From: Phoronis australis
Lineage: Eukaryota; Animalia; Phoronida
DNA: 64,000 bases
Direction of reading: 5' to 3'
Assembly (NCBI GenBank): GCA_002633005.1
Contig: NMRA01000048.1
Coordinates: 309,595 to 373,594 of the forward strand
The notes under the pieces are model-generated. The model saw only the letters and a list, made by a program, of their open reading frames with translations, did not search any database and was not told the DNA's origin. The position numbers and the translations under genes were made by a program. This document shows, piece after piece, positions 12,427 to 25,228 of this stretch (its first letter is position 1; every line of letters starts with the position of its first letter).

Positions 12427-14314
12427 GGGTACCTGCCGAACGAATCCTCGCCCATCCATTTCGCTCTGCGGTGCATTCAGTTTATCGATTCAGTTCCGAA
12501 TGTGCCTGGACACCGAGAGGCTGTAAACAGGGCTGCATTTCTTAAAGGTAACAGTACGTCACAGGTCAATTTCTTTTGGATACCATGAAAAAATCCTTGT
12601 TATTCGGAATCTTTTGCATGCATTGTGCGTAAACCTGAACTCAGACCACTAAACAACTGTTTAGTAGACCTCATGTGGATCGCCGAATCATGGCGATTAG
12701 TCGCTGCTCACTTGTTAGGGGAACATCATCAAAAGAGCATCGTGATTCTTGCCCATGCGCACTAGTATTTAGTTTTTGCTTCCGTAATAGAACCAAAACA
12801 TTCCAAGATCTAGAGTGATTTGAGACGTATTGTGCTCGCAGAGTGTCCCACAAGCGAGAAGTAAGCGTGAAAGCCGTGAAATTAAAGGTATGTGTACCTG
12901 GTTGTCACTAGAGATTTGCGGAATATCGTACCATGAGTTTGCTTTTGGTTTCAAAACATTTCGACTTTCATGGGTGTGTTAGCAAACGTCGTAAGTGACA
13001 TCGGTTGTTCAGCGAATGACGTAACGACAGTTTATGCAATACATTAGAATAAGAATCTTTGAACTCAGCGTTCTTTCATTATCTAGTAATGCCTGCACGA
13101 TTTTTTTTTTTTGAAGCATGACTGACAGTGTCACATATGAGTCTCATGAGCAACTTTGGCCTTGATGATTATTTTGTACTCTTTTTCTCCTGACCTGGCT
13201 GAGTGCTGTAATGACGTAAGACGCAGACTTGGAAAAGTTCCAAAATTTCATCGTTGGGCTTCATTGTTGTTTCTATGGGGAGATTGCTTGTAGACTCAGT
13301 TTGTTAATAGGCCTACTAGTACTTCCATGTTAGCGGCTGTGAGCCATATATCCCGATTTTAGATTCTTTTATTAGTAGTCGTCATGGGACTAATGTCATG
13401 TGACAATCATCCCTTTTGTTGAATATGACACCCTTCAGGTAATGAAACTAAGCGTTCAGTTTATAAAATAAGCGAGCCCATATGATTTTGTGTATAGAAA
13501 ATGTGTAATTTACTGTATGAGATGTCTGTTTACTAAACAGCAAATGATCTGCCAGAGTTCAGTTTTTGTATAGGTTATAGGTTAAATCATGCCCCATGTT
13601 AACCAAATGCAGTTCTTTGGAAGCATTTTTGTTTATTAATGTCAGCTCTTGTGGACTAGTAAGTTGGAGGTTTCTTTAATTATTCTGGCATACTAGATGA
13701 GCCCTAATAGTGTTTTGTGGGTTTGTCTTGCCTAGTCAGTGTTATGAAGGGAAATTATTGGTTTTCACCGATTGTGATTGTTGTTGTTGTATGGGATAGA
13801 CTTATTTAAGTTATTAGCTTTGACAAGAGCCAAACAACAAAGTTTACTGTGTTTTGTGATTATATTGCTGTCTGCCAGGCTTTCAATGAAATCGTGGCTA
13901 GTGACTTTATCAATAAATACACTACTCTGCTAATTTCAAGTGAGATTTTGCTTTACAGAGAGCTGTTAGACTGCAATTGGAAGGGTTTGGTGCCTCGTTG
14001 CGCGTTGAGTCTGATATAGGAAATAATTTTTTTTCACACTCATTTATGCAACGGACAAAGAAGAATCCAGGCAAATTTCAGAGGCGTAAATTTGTGTAAT
14101 GTTCATTGTCTGCGCTTTCGACTTATTTCTGCCAGAAAGGCTGCTGGCAAGCCCCTCAAAACACCATCTTTATATCGGTTATAAAAATATTTCACGTTAA
14201 ACTAATGTTTTTGCCTGTTTCGTCATTTGGAGATCGGTAAGATTAGTTCACTGATCTACACTTACTCTCTCTGTTTCAATACACTAATTTCAATTGCTTT
14301 CTTACAGCGTCACC

Positions 14315-14463
14315 ATGGAGATATCAAAGGATGCAGCTCCCGAAACCCTTACTGCACCTACCTCCAGGAAAACCGTACGCTTCATCGAGTCAATAAAAAC
14401 ATCTGCCTTCGTTATAGGCTCAGCTCTGGTGATATTTGCTGCTGCTAGGAATACAATTACATG
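14315..14463 (+). CDS. FAXDC2: FAXDC2 (fatty acid hydroxylase domain-containing 2, sterol desaturase family), coding exon 1 of 6; spliced CDS 1017 nt, 338 aa, span 14315-20944
   Basis: Acceptor ttacag at 14307, CACCATGG start, MEISKD...SIKTSAFVIGSALVIFAAARNTIT(W) resembling the FAXDC2 N-terminus; donor gtatgt at 14464 (phase 2). Confidence 0.85.
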
Positions 14464-15595
14464 GTATGTTTAAAGTTGTTATGGATAGTATTTTACCATG
14501 TTTTGACGTGTAACCACATTGCCTCTGTCCTTGAGTCTTTTTACCGTGCATGTTCTTGTTTAAGCTCATGCACAAAGCTTCACCATTATCCATAACTAAG
14601 CACATGAAGGACCAGAGTAAAACTAAGCAGGACTATGATTAACATATTGTGTCAAGTGAACCTGGACTTATTTGTTATAATATGGGACATGTTATCGTGT
14701 ATTCACTGTAACACAAACTATTAACTGAGAAGTGGAGCTTGACTCATTTAACCACCATGGAGAAATTTAAGGCAAAATTACATCAGATTGTATCTTTGTT
14801 TTGTGACTGGCCTCATGCTCAATTGCATTTTCGACTAAGACGGAGACCAGCCTCATCCCTTTTCGTAGCGCTAGGCTTTATCCAGATAGACTCACTAATT
14901 TTTCTCTTGTAAACCACTCCTTCCCTGTCAAGTAAAGCTACGTTTGACCAATCATGATTGTTCTTGTTAGCAGGATCTGTAGCTCAACTTATGTTGATGA
15001 AACAGCTAGAAGTTTTGGCTGTCATCTGCAAGTGCATTAAAAAGACGTTAAATCAATAACTGACTATATGCCTTGTATGAGAATTGAAAAACTAGGTCTT
15101 AAATGAGTCAGCTGTCGCAGATGGGGGCAACAAGAATACTCATGTGGTTGATTGGACAAACGTAGCCCTGATTGGTAGGGAAGCACAGGACTGCTAGACA
15201 AAAAATTGTGAGTCTATCTGGATAAAACAAACACTTAATTACATATAGAGATGATGGTGGTGTCTGTCTTACTCCAGTATACAAGGCATTGTTTTCCACG
15301 CCGCCTGACGTGAACACTCAAAATCATTGAGAAACATGTTAGCCACAGAACATCCAAATAATTTGAGGTATTTTGCCTTAAGTTCTCATGAGAGGTACGG
15401 TAGTTTTTTTTTTGACTGGTCTTGCAGAAAGTCCCGAGTTCAAACCCTTGTTCGGGTAGAAGTCTTTTCAGACTTAACAGCAGGTCACGTGATATGATCA
15501 GCATGTGGAGTGTGAAAGATTAGTTCATCTTACTTTTGCCAGTATCATCACACTGATTTATGTAGCACATCGGAGTACAAAAATGAGCAATAATT

Positions 15596-15685
15596 GGATA
15601 TAACGTGCCCACATTTTGAGAACCAGTTTGCTGCTTGTTATTCAGTGGAGAAAACTGGTTCTCAAAATGCAGGCACGTTATATCC
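15596..15685. repeat. ~90-bp inverted repeat (hairpin, probable MITE remnant) in FAXDC2 intron
   Basis: ggatataacgtgcccacattttgagaaccagttt pairs with aaactggttctcaaaatgcaggcacgttatatcc around a ~20-nt loop. Confidence 0.8.
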
Positions 15686-15961
15686 GACCATTACCCCCAA
15701 GATACAGTGTTTTTAATGCATTTTTTGCTTTGATGATGAATGTCAGTTTAGAACTTGCAGATGTTAGTGATTTTTAATTTTCATCTTCAGAAAAATTTTT
15801 AATGACTAAGCAACCTATTGTAATGTTGTTGGAAATTTATGTGAAATGTCTGGCAAAAGTTTATTACGAGTCTGTTTTAAGATAATTCACTCAGATCCTT
15901 TATTGACTATATAATAATTAAGCTAAAAAATATTTATGCTAGAGCATCCACCTCTCATTAG

Positions 15962-16065
15962 GTATTTGGAACACCTGTGGGGCTTTTCTGGACATTTTTG
16001 GGAAAGTCGCTGGCAGTTCATTGACAACCTGTTTGGACAAGATGACTTCCTTATTGCTTCTTTAG
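15962..16065 (+). CDS. FAXDC2: FAXDC2 coding exon 2
   Basis: ag|G...YLEHLWGFSGHFWESRWQFIDNLFGQDDFLIASL G|gtaag; phases consistent with neighbouring exons. Confidence 0.9.
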
Positions 16066-16491
16066 GTAAGTCACCAAAACATTCCACCAACATTTTTGCC
16101 GTTTCTGTATTGTATCATAAAGTAGTATTTTGTCATTGTAGTGTTTAAGCTCAGACACACACATAGGTATGGTATGTCAACAATGGAGCTGATGTCTTTC
16201 GTATTGGACATACCTCTCAACACAGTGTGGGCGAAAAGGATTTTGAAGGCCACTTACTCCACTGAGCAAACCTTGTAGCAGGAGGTCAGGTAGCTGGCAG
16301 TTATGGTGCAATCTATGAGCAGGTAACATCCACCATACAAGTCCTGCCAAGGGAATGAGTTGCCTTCAGAATCCGTTTTGTCAGTGTATACAGTATGAAA
16401 GGCATAATGGTACTAAGAAGATAAACTCCCGTGCATTAAAGCTACATCCATGGGTTACACTTCGAAACCTCATGCCCTTTTGTCTTCACAG

Positions 16492-16613
16492 GCACATGTA
16501 TTGTCACTACCCTTGCGTTCTGGCTGTTCAACGCCCCCTTCCTGTACCTTGACGTCACTGGTAACCCTGGAATTCTCCTTGCTTACAAGATACAGCAAGC
16601 AAAGCAGGTCCCT
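16492..16613 (+). CDS. FAXDC2: FAXDC2 coding exon 3
   Basis: cacag|..TCIVTTLAFWLFNAPFLYLDVTGNPGILLAYKIQQAKQVP|gtaagt. Confidence 0.92.
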
Positions 16614-17136
16614 GTAAGTGTTCAGCCGACTCGGTGAAAATTGAACTTAAAGCTCTTGAAAAAAAATTGAATTGTGCCTATAATTGGCCATCTTAGCTAT
16701 GGCTGTCTTTCACTTGATGATGGTGGAAAAAATAATTCAGTGTTGACTGAAACATCATAGCAAGTCTTGCATGGAAGTTTGTGAATCATACATTTATTCA
16801 AATTGATTACATCAAAGTGTTTACAGGAAGTCTGTACTTAGATGAGGTCCCCCTTCAGTATACGAGATCATATGCCATGGGTGGTTTCGCATCTTAGCAA
16901 AAATGCCTACGTTGGCGTATTTTCCTCAACTAATTCTATGTCATCATGCCTAAAAAGTAGGTTCAGCGACATTTCCAGGAACAAAAATTGTGGAAGTCAT
17001 ATATACTGTTGGTATGTACAGGACAAAATGTTGGTAATTGATATAGGAGCGTTAATAAATTTCAGATCTCTGGTGGAATACTTGCGCAATGTTATTTACT
17101 ACCAGCATTGATTTACATTTCATTGCCATGTTTTAG

Positions 17137-17345
17137 GTGGACTGGCAGAAATTTTTAAAGGCTTTGAAACGCGTCACCTTTAACCAGTTGGTCCTTGCCT
17201 CTGTCTTCACTCTGGTGATGACTAAGCCTTTCTTGATGCGGGGCTGTGGTTTCCGCGCCGACCAACTGCCCAGTTTCCATTGGGTGCTGCTAGAGATCTG
17301 CGTGTTCTCATTGGTCGAAGAGGTGCTGTTCTACTATGGTCACAG
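17137..17345 (+). CDS. FAXDC2: FAXDC2 coding exon 4
   Basis: ttttag|VDWQKF...LPSFHWVLLEICVFSLVEEVLFYYGH(R)|gttcgt; the LPxFHWxLLE and EEVLFYYxHR motifs are characteristic. Confidence 0.95.
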
Positions 17346-18799
17346 GTTCGTGTTACTTGTTGCCAGTAAATGTTGTGTTGCCCTATATTAATGTTCTTTA
17401 ATGAGCTTTAAATAACTGGTGTTTGTCATTTGAGTGCTGTTTAACTCATGAGTGAGGTTTAATTGGACTAAATTTAAAACTGCGAATCATGTGATGGATT
17501 AGAGCAAATTAATTTTAATGGAAATTTTTACTGGATTGTGGACTGCCAAGTCAATCTTCATGAAATCTGCCATTAGTCAATCACAGTAAACGTAATGCAC
17601 GGGTGTGTATCTATATACCTGTACAGGAGTGGCAGTAGTCTCTAGAAAACTTATAATTTATTTGTAACATGTGGTCAATGGACATCAAGACTGGGATTAC
17701 AATATCTCAAAGTACGGTAAATCTCCCACTGTTAGTGGATTTTTTTACTGTCCCATAAACAAGAATCATGAGTGTTCCACTGTGTAATAGCCAACTTGTC
17801 AGTTTTCGTGATTTAACCCAAAACCATTCTATCCATCTGCTATGGCACACTGAGACATTAATTGGCTAAGTCTTTCCCATTGCTCCATGAAATGGTTTGT
17901 GGTTCAATGCATGCTGCAGACCGCCATTAAAGTTGATGGAATGACATCAATTAAATAAAATGAAACTAGAAATTTCTAATTTTTTATTGTGTTTATCTAA
18001 ACTGCAATTAGGTATGCAACACACAACCATTTTTATGAAAATAAGTTCTTATTTGATAGCAGACAACCTCTTTATGTTTTGTTTGTCTAACTATAGCTGG
18101 TACCAACATGGTCACTGCCTCGTTTGCACAAGAGATTCCCTGGGTTGCTTATATCTCACTAATATACTCTATAGACAGTGGGCACATCCTAATCCGTCCT
18201 GTACGAGAGATTTTCCAGTTAAACGTGGCTGCACTATCATTTCACTTCTATTCTGTCAAATTTCTCCACTAGCATAAAAAATTTCTGAATTTTTATTCTA
18301 ATTTTTTATCTATTACTAGCCCAGTTTGTATGTGTCGTAAAATGACAAATGCTTGCTCAGTCGACATAAGAAGGACCTAGTACAGGCGCAAATTGAACCC
18401 AAAACTCAATTGGCGATCTGAAGCACAAGTTTGAATTACACCATTCCCTGCTTACACAATAAAGTGCCACCTGGCTGGGCTGCCAACAGTCAATAGGAAC
18501 CTACGTAGTTTTTTGGCATATTGAGGTGTCGTAAAGAATTATGTTCAGGTGATGAAGCAGTCCAAAAAGCTAGACTGAATTCAATGGGCTCTTGTGTTCG
18601 CTTTAGCAAACTCCAACTGTCGACTGTCAATTTTTACCTGGACTAGGTTCCTCATGATTTTTTTTCTAAGTAGTCCTTCATTCTGTCAACAAAATCGAAG
18701 CCTGAACTCCGTTACAGGCAGCCCATGTGGTGCTGGTCATATGGAAACTCAGAAGGTTATGGAGGGTCACTTGTCTCTCAGTCACGCTAAGAGGAGGCC

Positions 18800-19205
18800 G
18801 CACAGACTTGTCTAACTAATCCATTGTCGTCACCATAGTCTATTTCAGGCTGCTCTACCATCCGTCTGTTGCATCACAGACATGTCTAACCAGTCCATTG
18901 CCATCACCGTCACCACCTTTGTCTGTTTCAGGCTGCTCCACCATCTACATCTGTAGCAGTACAGACCTGTTCACTGAACCAGTCCGTTGTCGTCACCTGT
19001 ACCACCATTGTCCATTTCAGGCTGCTCCACCATCTATGTTTGTCCCGTCACAGACCTGTCTAACCAGTCCATTGCGGTCACCGTAACCACCGTTGTCTAT
19101 TTCAGGCTGCTCCACCATCTATGTTTGTCGCATCACAGACCTGTCTAATGAGTCCATTGCGGTCACCGTAACCACCATTGTCTATTTCAGGCTGCTCCAC
19201 CATCC
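18800..19205 (+). repeat. Five ~85-bp tandem units, each spanning the intron 4/exon 5 acceptor of FAXDC2
   Basis: tttcag|gctgctc(c/t)accatc with the AG ending at 18848, 18931, 19020, 19105 and 19190 (the real acceptor). Confidence 0.9.
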
Positions 19206-19463
19206 ACGTCTGTACAAGCATGTCCACAAGATCCACCACGAGTGGACGGCTCCCATAAGCATCGTCAGCATCTATGCCCATCCCATCGAGCACATCCTCT
19301 GCAACATCTTCCCGCCCTTCGCTGGCCCCCTGCTGATGGGGTCTCATGTGGCCACTACCTGGTTGTGGTTCGTCATGGTCATCGGCTCAACGACTGTGTC
19401 ACACTGCGGATACCACCTGCCGTTTTTGTTCTCACCCGAAGCCCATGACTTCCACCACCTAAA
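19191..19463 (+). CDS. FAXDC2: FAXDC2 coding exon 5 (histidine boxes)
   Basis: LLHHPRLYKHVHKIHHEWTAP...YAHPIEH...SHCGYHLPF...HDFHHL(K)|gtaagt; His boxes of the fatty acid hydroxylase/sterol desaturase superfamily. Confidence 0.96.
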
Positions 19464-20784
19464 GTAAGTAGAGATAGGCTATTAAATTTCACCAGATTGA
19501 AGCTTTTTGATGTAATAGAAGCTACAGAACAGGCTGGATGCCGTAGTTGGAGAAAATTTGCATTTCAATCTCATTAGCATTGGCAGCTATAATCTCACTT
19601 AGGTTTAAGATTGCTTTTGTGGAGTTAGGATTCTCGGGATTACACTGGACATTCAGTGATGTTTGCTAGTCAACTGCTGTAAAATATTGCTGGCCTAAAA
19701 TGACGAAAGCGGTAAATAAATTTTGCTGTATAATATATTGACCAGCCCAGCAGCTGCAAACAATATGTTAAGTAAAAGAATTAAGTGAGCCCCTGGTGGC
19801 GAACTATAGCATTATGATTCAAACAGCGCTGTGGTATTTCAGGCCGATGCTGTTACTATCATGATTACAATTTTGTGTCGGTAGTGCATTGTGTAAGGCA
19901 TTCGTTCACTTATCCACATGGATTCCTGTGCTCAGCCACTGATGTATTCCTGTGGTGGAAAACGTACCCCCATGTCTGCTCACCATTACAGCTTTGGTCG
20001 TGATCCTTTATCCATGCCTGTACTTCATAAATTAATGAACAAATATTATTCGAATGTTTAGTGATAATGCATCTGCCACTATCTATATAATGCAATTTGG
20101 AATAGATCTGCACTGGCACATCCCAATGTCAAATAGTCATAGGTCTTGGATGTTTTTACCATTCATGTGTTATCATTGAGCGTTTAACCCCTTTAAAGTT
20201 TTACATAATAATGTACTTGGATTAATTGGTGTGTCTCGACAATGGTTGTTTTTACTGTATGCTCCTGGGGGGGGTCAGAAGGATTAAGACTGACCAGGTC
20301 CATAGTTCGGTAATAAATTTCAAAGTGCTTAGACATTCAAAGCACTGCGTAAAGTCTACTCTAATCATCATTTTTTGATTTTTGGATTGTAATTTATTTG
20401 AGTAAGTCCATCATGTCAAAATGACATCCTACTGAACAGTACTGCATTGAAGACTGCCAAGACTGTCTAAAACATTCCTTGTAGTCAAAGTGACCAAATC
20501 AACTTGCAGCCAATACCATTTGATTGGGACTTCATGGAGTGGAACGTAATGAGGGACTTGAGTGAATGTTATAAACCAAGCTCACATCTCTTGAATTGTA
20601 TAAGATAACATGGTCTTTGGTCAATAGTTCAGTCACGATTATTTCGACGTGCTGCAAATTAGGGACACAAGTCTTGGATCTGTGTTTATATTTACTTTGT
20701 CAGTCTGATTATTTTGCATATTTTAGTATCACTGAATGTTCACATGTCACGAACGAGGTTTCTGATTGGCTAGCGTTGTTTTAG

Positions 20785-20944
20785 ATTCGTCAACTGCTTC
20801 GGCGTGCTGGGCATTCTTGACCGTCTGCATGGAACGGACGAGATGTTCCGCAAGACCAAGAGTTACGACCGTCATATCATGAGTCTCAACTTGATGCCCG
20901 TCAATGAACAGTTTCCCGATAGCCCTGGCAAGAAAGGAGAATAA
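20785..20944 (+). CDS. FAXDC2: FAXDC2 coding exon 6 (last)
   Basis: ttttag|..FVNCFGVLGILDRLHGTDEMFRKTKSYDRH...PDSPGKKGE, stop TAA at 20942-20944. Confidence 0.93.
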
Positions 20945-23220
20945 GATTTTGGGGAAACCCTTGGGAAATCATGTGATCGAATAATTAAGCTTTATTTACT
21001 TTTAAATTAATTTAGTTGTTATTGTTGCATTTTCCGATATATTTTATCACGGTATTATCTCACCGTTCACTTCCTCTGTTGGTACGAAGCTTACTTCCTT
21101 TCTTCAGGCATTGATGTCAATTGCAATTGTTAAAGTGGCGGAGGCCTTCAAGAGACGAAGTCTTAGTCTGTATTCAAATTTTTTATCAGGTCAACTTCTC
21201 TGTTTTAAGTTTTTAAAGAAATTCAGCACCTGTTTTGTTTTGTTTTGTTTTGATACGTTTGACATAATTTTAACCAGATTGGCAGTGTCAGTGTAAGAAA
21301 TTTTGAATTTACCCATACAGTGTGGTACCCATCATCACATGGTTTCCCAAGTTCCTGTCTGTGTTATGTTAACGTGGTGAATATTTGCATAGTAAGACTA
21401 GTGGCTTGCTACTGTTTATATTATTGCACTCACATAGATCCCTTGAGAACACTGAATGCTCGCACATCAATTAGTTATATGGCATTGCTATTGGCTTGAA
21501 TTTGTGCAAATCCTCTTGCATTACCATGGCAATTCTTCGCCTATTTAGCTCATATGGTTGCCACATGAAATTTCATTTTCTCAACTAAACTAAAGAGTTT
21601 GAGCATTTTTTATTAGCTTGGTTTGCACTGTTTAGGTATCATAAAACATTATGGTATTTGGAAAAGCCTCCATTGCTTCCACTAAAAATGGAAAATACAA
21701 TTTTGGCAACTTTTATGAAATACTAGGTGAAAAACTATGCCTCCGAAAACTTCACCTACAATATTGCTAAAAATATATCTTGTGTTTCTCATGCTCTGAA
21801 CACCTTTATAAGAGATTATATGAGTTAAATCTGAGTAGCTTTTATCCACCTTAGAAACTTCCAGATGTACAGCAATGTTCAATGACGTAAAGTGTGACTT
21901 TTGTTTTGATTTGTTTGGATATTGTCGAAATTCTTTGGATGTTGTCTCTCAGAGGAAGTTAATTTTTGTTTTGATTTTTGATTGTAGATATGTGTTTCCT
22001 CTGTACTCTGTATTTTTAGACATATTTTTTGGGGCAAAACAAACTGGACCAACTAATAGTTACTCAATATTTTCATATTTACATTGCTTTAGCTTACTAG
22101 GTTATCTGCTCAATTGTTTTGAGCTAAAATTGCTTCTCTATTTTCCTTCAAATTACCTTGTACACTGACATGGTAAGCATAGTACCATTTTGGGGGTGTT
22201 TTTGTTATTCTTAGATTTCAAAGTCTCAATATCTTGGGATAATGTTAGAACTTACTGAAACAGAAAATCCATCAGCTTTTCTTTTTCCCTTTCCTCGAGA
22301 ATGTTATTTACTTGTGTACACACTCTGTATTCAGATAGCTTACATTTGCTAACAGTATTTAAGTATCTATTCGAGTTCATAGAAGTGTCTCACCTAGGAC
22401 ACATTGGCCCATTTTGGAGAGTTCATTTGGTACGCTCCAGTTTTGATTTGAATATTTACAGCTCAGTTGATGAATTTTATCTTTAACAATGTGAAAATCA
22501 GGTATTTTGTTTTTAAATATTGGCAACAAACAATGCAACTTAAAGGGTTTAGCTTGAGCACTCTCTCTATAGTCAGCTCACGGGGAAACCGTAAACTTTG
22601 GGAGTGGGGGACTACCAAGCGACTTCAAATTAAAGAAGCTTTTTTTGCCTGATGGATCAAATTTTCAAGTACGTACTGTGGAATCCTCATGACTTGGGTA
22701 GCAAAGAGAGGTGTTATCAAATTATGGTTTAGTAAACTTAACAGACACAGAATTCGTGAACCACAGCCAATACCTTTGGTTGAGTGAGCTACTTGCTTTC
22801 TTGAAAGGTCATCTGACTTGATTAGAGTCCTGAATCAAAACCAACTATAAGGCTGCCTTTTGTTACATCCATAATAGTTGCTGCCACATTTCCATCCGGT
22901 TTGCTTTTGGGCTTCAGGTTCCCAACACGTCTGAAGTCAGTGTCTTGTTAAACCCTTTACTATTTTGCCAAAGTGTGTTAGTGTTGAGATCTGACAGTTC
23001 ATTAAGTGGCCAAGTTTGTTTTATGAAGTTGACTACATGTAACATTTTGTTTTTTGATGTGGATTGTGCATCAACCAGTGAATGAACTTGTTTTACCCAG
23101 TGGTGATGTTTTGTCATCTTTGAGTCATCTAATGCTCAGACGTCACTTGAATTATAATGATTTAGTTTTAGTTAAAATCTCCGATTCTATTGTGCAACTT
23201 TTGGCTTCTAGTGTATTCAA

Positions 23221-23337
23221 AATAAACAATAAAACCATTGTGGTCTTTTTGTCTGATTTTCTTCATTAGCAAAAGATGGCGGTTTAGAGGAAACTTTATA
23301 AAAGGAGGTAACAAAGTGAGTCATTTAAGATGGCGGC
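23221..23337 (+). promoter_or_regulatory. Twin AATAAA signals (candidate FAXDC2 3' end) followed directly by two YY1-type AAGATGGCGG motifs (candidate TEN1 core promoter/5'UTR)
   Basis: AATAAA at 23221 and 23228; AAGATGGCGG at 23273 and 23327; TEN1 ATG at 23390. Confidence 0.5.
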
Positions 23338-23389
23338 CTCCTACAAGAACATTTTGTTAAGGTTTCGAACATAGTTAAAAAGCGTGGCA

Positions 23390-23610
23390 ATGAATGATTT
23401 TATTCAACACGCAGAATTCATTTTCATACCAGAACTCTTGAATTTAAACAGAGAGGATGTTGAAGGCAAAATGTATCGAGTGACTGGGAAAATTACTTCG
23501 TATGACCCTCAGTCGTCTTCAGCTGTTCTGGTGAACAATCCCACGTCTAAAGTCGGAGATGAACAAAGTGCCATCATTACGATATCGACGACAAATGTGG
23601 AGCCATTTCA
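23390..23610 (+). CDS. TEN1: TEN1 (CST complex subunit, OB fold) exon 1 of 2; spliced CDS 417 nt, 138 aa
   Basis: MNDFIQHAEFIFIPEL...GKMYRVTGKITSYD...ISTTNVEPF(Q)|gtgagt; matches the recalled TEN1 pattern (RTFGRLCLYD...CTKLVEPF). Confidence 0.85.
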
Positions 23611-23738
23611 GTGAGTCATATAATTCAGGGTTTAAGGTAAAGAAACGCAGCAACAAAATTAGGAAATTTCTTGTTCTACTACTGCATTACTGGAACTTGT
23701 CACGTGGTATTAGCTATAGACCTAGGCAATGACCATTG

Positions 23739-24656
23739 CCTCTGTTGGCCCGAACCAGAGGCGATGCAGCTCCTATAGGCGCTCCATACGCCGGAAGCTT
23801 TTCGGCGAATTATGCCTCGCACCGACTAAACCATGTCATGTTATAAATACCTTTTGCGTATAGAGGGACACCTTAGGAGGTTGGTGGTGTGTTTAATTCC
23901 TTCCAAAGTTCCAACTCGAACAAATACTTCCGTTATCGAACTTTTTTTTCGAGCAGTCATTCGTTCAGTTCCCAAAATCGTGAACTCAACATTTTTGTAC
24001 TGCGCACGCTCCAATTTTTAACGCGCTTGCTAGGTGATGTGTCTTCATGACCTCAATCTTTAAATAGGCCAAAGGTGAGCCATTGCGGTCTTGTCAGTCA
24101 AATGTTCGTTTCCAAAATGCCACCACTTATACTTGTCTTTAATTGGTGTTACTTGAAACTGATTGTATTTCAATGAATTATTGTTTGTATTTGATAAAAA
24201 TAAATGCTATTGATATGACATTTAATAGTCTTTGTGCACATATTTGACATTTTAATGTTTAACAACACGGCAAATGCACGGCTGGTTCCCGGCAGCACGT
24301 ACGCAAAGGACGGGAACTTCAGCTTTCAAAGTTCACCGGTAGGACCGCAACTTCTGACCTTCGGCCTGGTTAAAAGAATCTCTTGGCGTGTGCCGAGTAA
24401 AAATGTTGAGTTCACGATTTTGGGAACTGAAATAGGGACTGCTCGAAGAAAAAAATTTGACAACGTGAGTATTTGTTCGAGTTGGAAGGAATTAAACACA
24501 TCGACAACCTCCTAAGCTGTTCCTCTATACGCAAAAGGTATTTATAACAACGTGACTTTGATGGTTTAGTCGGTGCGAGGCATAATTCGCCGAAAAGCTT
24601 GCGGCGTATGGAGCGCCTATAGGAGCTGCATCGCCTCTGGTTCGGGCCAACAGAGG
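23739..24656. mobile_element. Fold-back/MITE element with ~270-bp terminal inverted repeats, in TEN1 intron
   Basis: cctctgttggcccgaaccagaggcgatgcagctcctataggcgctccatacgcc (23739) is the reverse complement of the sequence ending at 24656; pairing continues to ~24010/24385. Confidence 0.9.
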
Positions 24657-24662
24657 TGACCA

Positions 24663-25228
24663 CAATGACCACTGTACTACTGGCACCTTCAGTTGGACGG
24701 TGGAGCTTCATATGCCGGAAGCTTACTGGTGAATTATGCCTCGCACTGACTAGAACATCAAAGTCACATTGTTATTAATACCTTTTTGTGCATAGAGGGC
24801 GCCGATGCATTATGCTTCCAACTCAAACAAGTACTCCCGTTATCAAACTTTTTCTTCGAGCAGTCCCTCGTTCAGTTCCCAAAATCAGTAATTCACCACA
24901 TTTTTAACACTGCGCACCATAGGTGGTATGACGTCATAGTCCCTGGCATGCGCAGATTGAAAATGGCGAGTTACTGATTTTTGGAACTGAATGAAGGACT
25001 GCTCGAAGAACAAGTTTGATAACGGGAGTACTTGTTTGAGTTGGAAGGAATTAAATACGTTGACAGCCTCCTAAGGTGTCTCTCTAGGCGCAAAAGGTAT
25101 TTATAACTACGCGACTTCAACATTTTAGTCAGTGCGAGGCATAATTCACCGAAAAGCTTCCAGCACATAAAGACATAAAGTGCCTATGGGAGCTCTACTG
25201 GTGGTGCTAGTATAGACAGTGGTCACTG
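24663..25228. mobile_element. Second, more diverged fold-back element of the same family, adjacent to the first
   Basis: gaattatgcctcgcactgact (24731) pairs with agtcagtgcgaggcataattc (~25127-25147); ends caatgaccactgt / acagtggtcactg. Confidence 0.82.

Noticed and set aside
12470-12547. Non-coding first exon of FAXDC2 (AAAG|gtaac donor at 12548)
   Set aside because: Plausible because coding exon 1 has an acceptor, but there are several alternative donors; it needs transcript data.
19093-19190. N-terminal part of the 124-aa ORF as coding
   Set aside because: It is intronic tandem repeat upstream of the true acceptor at 19190.
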